NCBI GenBank assembly: GCA_035221665.1
Contig: CM069136.1
Coordinates: 108,562,001 to 108,626,000 of the forward strand
Direction of reading: 5' to 3'
Origin: Okamejei kenojei
Taxonomy: Eukaryota
Length of the DNA: 64,000 nucleotides
Shown: piece after piece, positions 59,999 to 64,000 of the stretch
Numbering within the stretch: position 1 is the stretch's first letter
Layout of the letters: each line of letters starts with the position of its first letter
Translations under genes and position numbers: made by a program
The notes under the pieces: model-generated
Databases searched by the model: none
What the model saw: the letters and a program-made list of their open reading frames with translations, nothing else
What the model was told of the DNA's origin: nothing

Positions 59999-61204
59999 AT
60001 CATCCCTCAGGATAATAGGTAGGTCATTTAGTACTGAGACGAGGAGACATTTCTTCAACTAGAGGTGGTGAACATTGGAATTCTCCATCATCAAACGCTG
60101 TATAAGCACTGAATTCATTCGAAGCAAAGATCTATGGATTTCAGCAAAATCGTTCTGTGGTAGAAGACTAGCCCTGTTCTTGATGCATGATAGAGCAGAC
60201 TTGAAGGGCCAAATGGCCTGCCCCCACTGCTATTACATACGTTCTTATAATGTATCCTTTAATAGCCGTAAGCTCGAACATGGTTTGCCAGGTATTAAAT
60301 AGACAGCGAGTCAGTAAATCACTGACTGAATTCTAGCTATAACATAAATTTGAAATAAAACATTCCAGATGAAATTCTTTACTTAATCTTCTGAGCCCAC
60401 TGATTTTATACAGCAGACGACAAAAATAAATGTACTTTGTGCAGACGTTTGCACAGATCACTAGACAGATAGAGCATCTCCTTGTGAAGCATCATTACCT
60501 CAGTTATCTGTGTTATATGTGAATTATTGGAGACATTTCTCTCATCTCCATACTCCTAAGGTCACATAACTATTGTTTAAAATCAAATGATGCAAATTAA
60601 GGTATTAAAAACTATGATGATTAATTCCCCAATTAAGAAAAATAATCCTAAATTAATCACACTGTTCACTGCAATGTGAAACAATAGAGCACCGATGTTC
60701 TTGAGTGGCACAAGAGTAAATGCTTTGCCTTCATAATCCTTAATATTAAATACTTCCTCCATGGCTCGCCCCTTCCAATCACCCCTCCAATCCTACGATT
60801 GTGCCCTTTAACTGTGATTAATTAACAGCACCGGTCCAAACAAAAAGGATCGCTCGTTGAGGCAGACCTTTGCTGAGGCTACTTGCAGTGCACACACAGC
60901 AGACTCCTGCCTTGTGCTGTGGTGTGCAACTTTAGCCGAATGCAGCGCGATCAATTAAGAAGCCTTTTTAGGACTTGAATGTAATTGCAGTGAGGGGGAG
61001 ACAAAGGTGCTCTGCCCTGTGTGCAGTGTGACATTTGGAAAATGAGCTTTCCTCCTACACATTAACATTTCAAGTTTCTGATAGCATCAAATTAAAGTAC
61101 ACATTGTTTTGTGGTGCTTTCCGCCAAAGTTGCTGTCATTTAATAGGAAGAAAGCTAGAAGAGAATCTCAAATTTACCTGGTTGCCGTTCATTATATTAT
61201 TGTT

Positions 61205-61950
61205 ATAGAAACATAGAAAATAGGTGCAGGAGTAGGCCATTCGGCCCTTCGAGCCTGCACCGCCATTCAATATGATCATGGCTGATCATCCAACTCAGTA
61301 TCCTGTACCTGCCTTCTCTCCATACCCCCTTATCCTTTTAGCCACAAGGGCCACATCTAACTCCCTCTTAAATATAGCCAATGAACTGGCCTCAACTACC
61401 TTCTGTGGCAGAGAATTCCAGAGATTCACCTCTCTCTGCGTGAAAAATGTTTTTCTCAACTCGGTCCTAAAAGATTTCCCCCTTATCCTAAAACTGTGAC
61501 CCCTTGTCCTGGACTTTCCCAACATCGAGAAACAATCTTCCTGCATCTAGCCTGTCCAACCTCTTAAGAATTTTGTAAGTTTCTATAAGATCCCCCCTCA
61601 ATCTTCTAAATTCTAGCGAGTACAAGCCGAGTCTATCCAGTCTTTCTTCATATGAAAGTCCTGACATCCCAGGAATCAGTCTGGTGAACCTTCTCTGTAC
61701 TCCCTCTATGGCAAGAATGTCTTTCCTCAGATTTGGAGACCAAAACTGTATGCAATATTCCAGGTGTGGTCTCACCAAGACCCTGTACAACTGCAGTAGA
61801 ACCTCCATGCTCCTATACTCAAATCCTTTTGCTATGAATGCTAACATATCATTCGCTTTCTTCGCTGCCTGCTGGACCTGCATGCCTCCTTTCAATGACT
61901 GGTGTACCATGACACCCAGGTCTCGTTGCATCTCCCCTTTTCCTAATCGG
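61205..61950 (-). mobile_element. CR1 family A fragment
   Basis: MQRDLGVMVHQSL...RPHLEYCIQFWSP. Confidence 0.94.
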
Positions 61951-61984
61951 TTATGTCTGTTACTTCCTACTTTTAACTTTTTTA

Positions 61985-62190
61985 TTGTGTAAGAAGGAAA
62001 ACTGCAAATGCTGGTTTACACCAAAGATAGACACAAAATGCTGGAGTAACTCAGCGGGTCAGGCAGCATCTCTGGAGAAAAGAAATAGGAGTGGTGGAGG
62101 TATAAGGGTCTCCACCCGAAACTTCACTTATTAATTTTTTCCAGAGATGCTGCCTGAATTGCTGAGTTGCTCCAGCATTTTGTGTCTATC
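61985..62190. mobile_element. Head-to-head Penelope pLTR fragments
   Basis: ~62026-62075 is the inverse of ~62140-62190; partial hammerhead core at 62104. Confidence 0.75.
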
Positions 62191-62533
62191 CTCTGTTTGT
62201 TATTTTTAATTGGCTGGCTTTTGGGAAGAAGCCATCTTACGATGAAGGGAAGGGTTCTTCGTAAACAGATGATGATCTGTGGTTTTCATTTTCCTACTGG
62301 TCCCTCCACTAATTCTGACACTAATAAGGTTCTGTAAGGAGTTGTTTTGTTGTGATTTACTATCAGAGGCAGTTACATAGAAACATAGAAAATAGGTGCA
62401 GGGGGAGGCCATTCGGCCCTCCGAGCCAGCACCGCCATTCATTGTGATCATGGCTGATCGTCCCCTATCAATAACCCGTGCCTGCCTTCTCTCTATATCC
62501 CTTGACTCCACTAGCCGCTAAAGCTCTATCTAA

Positions 62534-63358
62534 AGGGCCTGTCCCACGAGCATGCGACCTGCATGCGCCAAGCGCGACCAAACTGGAAGCGGGGGCCGCG
62601 CGGAGGTCAAGTGATCCCCGTACAGGGCCGGTCCCACCAGCATGCGCCTGCATGCGGCGAGCATGACCAAACTGGCAGCAGGGGCCGTGCGGAGGTCGGG
62701 TGAGTGGCGCAAAGTGGCGCGAAGTTGTAGCGAAGTCCGCGGTAAGTTTGCAAGGACAGAGAGGGACACACAGAGAGGGTCACGGAGGCACACAGAGAGA
62801 GGGTCACGGAGGCACACAGATTCACGGAGGCACACGAGAGAGGGTCACGGAGGCACACAGAGAGAGGGTCACGGAGGCACACACAGGAGGCACACAGAGG
62901 AGGAGGGTCAGAGAGGGTCACGGAGGCACACAGAGGAGGGTCAGAGGCACACAGGAGAGAGGGGTCACGGAGGCACACGAGAGAGGTCACGGAGGCACAC
63001 AGGAGGGTCACGGAGGAGAGGGTCACGGAGGCACACAGAGAGAGGGTCACGGAGCACAAACAGAGAGAGGGTGAGGCACACAGAGAGGGGAAGGCACACA
63101 GAGAGAGGGTCACGGAGGCACGATGTCGAGGCGGTGCGTAATGCGTTGAGGCGGCTGCGGGCCGACAGGCCGTTGCCGTGCGGAATTTTTGAACACGGTC
63201 AGTTTTTCGGAGCCCCGCGCGATATCGGGACCAGCTCCGCACAACTCCATACGGCTCTGGCGATCGAAGTGGGACTGGCCCCGCAAGGCCGGACGGCTCA
63301 AGCACCCACATTAGATCGCGCTCACCGCATGGAGTCGCATGCTGGTGGGACAGGCCCT
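62534..63358. mobile_element. Harbinger-type MITE with duplicated left arm and internal minisatellite
   Basis: TIR AGGGCCTGTCCCAC.AGCATGCGAC; TAA TSD (62531-33, 63359-61). Confidence 0.92.
62755..63121. repeat. Minisatellite ~24-bp GAGGGTCACGGAGGCACACAGAGA
   Basis: Imperfect tandem copies. Confidence 0.93.
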
Positions 63359-63594
63359 TAACTCTCTCTTAAATCCATCCAGTAACTTGACTGCCACTGC
63401 CCACTTTGGCAGGGAATTCAATAAATTCACAACTCTCTGGGGGAAAAAGTTTTTTCTCACCTCAGTCTTAAATTACCTCCCCTTTATTCTAAGAATGTGG
63501 TCCTCTGGTTCTGGACTTGCCCCACATTGGGAACATTTTTCCTGCATCAAGCTTGTCCAGTCCTATTATAATTTTATATGTTTCTTTAAGATCC

Positions 63595-64000
63595 CATATA
63601 ACCATATAACCATATAACAATTACAGCACGGAAACAGGCCCTCTCGGCCCTTCCAGTCCGTGCCGACCATTTGTTTTCCCCTAGTCCCATCTACCTGCAC
63701 TCAGACCATACCCCTCCATTCCCTTCCCGTCCATATACCTATCCACTTTACTTTTAAATGTTAAAATCGATCCTGCCTCCACCACTTCTGCTGGAAGCTC
63801 ATTCCACACAGCCACCACCCTCTGAGTAAAGAAGTTCCCCCTCACGTTACCCCTAAACTTCTGTCCCTTAATTCTCATGTCATGCCCTCTTGTTTGAATC
63901 TTCCCTACCCTCAATGGGAAAAACATATCCACGTCAACTCTGTCTATCCCTTTCATCATTTTAAAGACCTCAATCAAGTCCCCCCTTAACCTTCTGCGCT
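63595..64000 (-). mobile_element. CR1 family B 3' fragment (runs off window)
   Basis: IEVFKMMKGIDRVDV..FFPLRVGKIQTRGHDMRIKG, near-identical to the 57265 copy. Confidence 0.94.

Larger units (their letters stand above)
62376..63598 (-). mobile_element. CR1 3' fragment interrupted by a MITE
   Basis: AAGCTCTATC-TAA-CTCTCTCTTAAATCC is restored on removing the MITE (compare 29250-29280). Confidence 0.9.

Overview
Repeat-saturated vertebrate non-coding DNA, most likely from a cartilaginous fish (skate/ray-like; inferred from the HE1/V-SINE-type SINEs plus CR1/HER1-type LINEs). I can support no host protein-coding exon, RNA gene or CRISPR array. The centrepiece is a nearly intact 4.77-kb DIRS1-type tyrosine-recombinase retrotransposon (16231-21004, minus strand). 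It has gag, RT-RNaseH-methyltransferase-like pol and YR ORFs, inverted terminal repeats and an internal complementary region (ICR). About 2.8 kb away is a second, divergent DIRS derivative (~10790-13399, minus) shrunk by many small deletions. Splice-site consensus sequences at matching positions in both elements suggest a splicing-based expression scheme, including an in-frame gag-end/MQ to YR splice that would supply the missing start codon of the recombinase. The rest is nested CR1, Rex1/Babar, Penelope (with hammerhead-ribozyme cores), V-SINE, Harbinger-type MITEs, non-autonomous Helitrons carrying G-rich cargo, one solo LTR and a few repeat-free islands that may be conserved non-coding elements. 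Family names are recognised by eye, and most boundaries are approximate unless a TSD or terminal repeat is cited.
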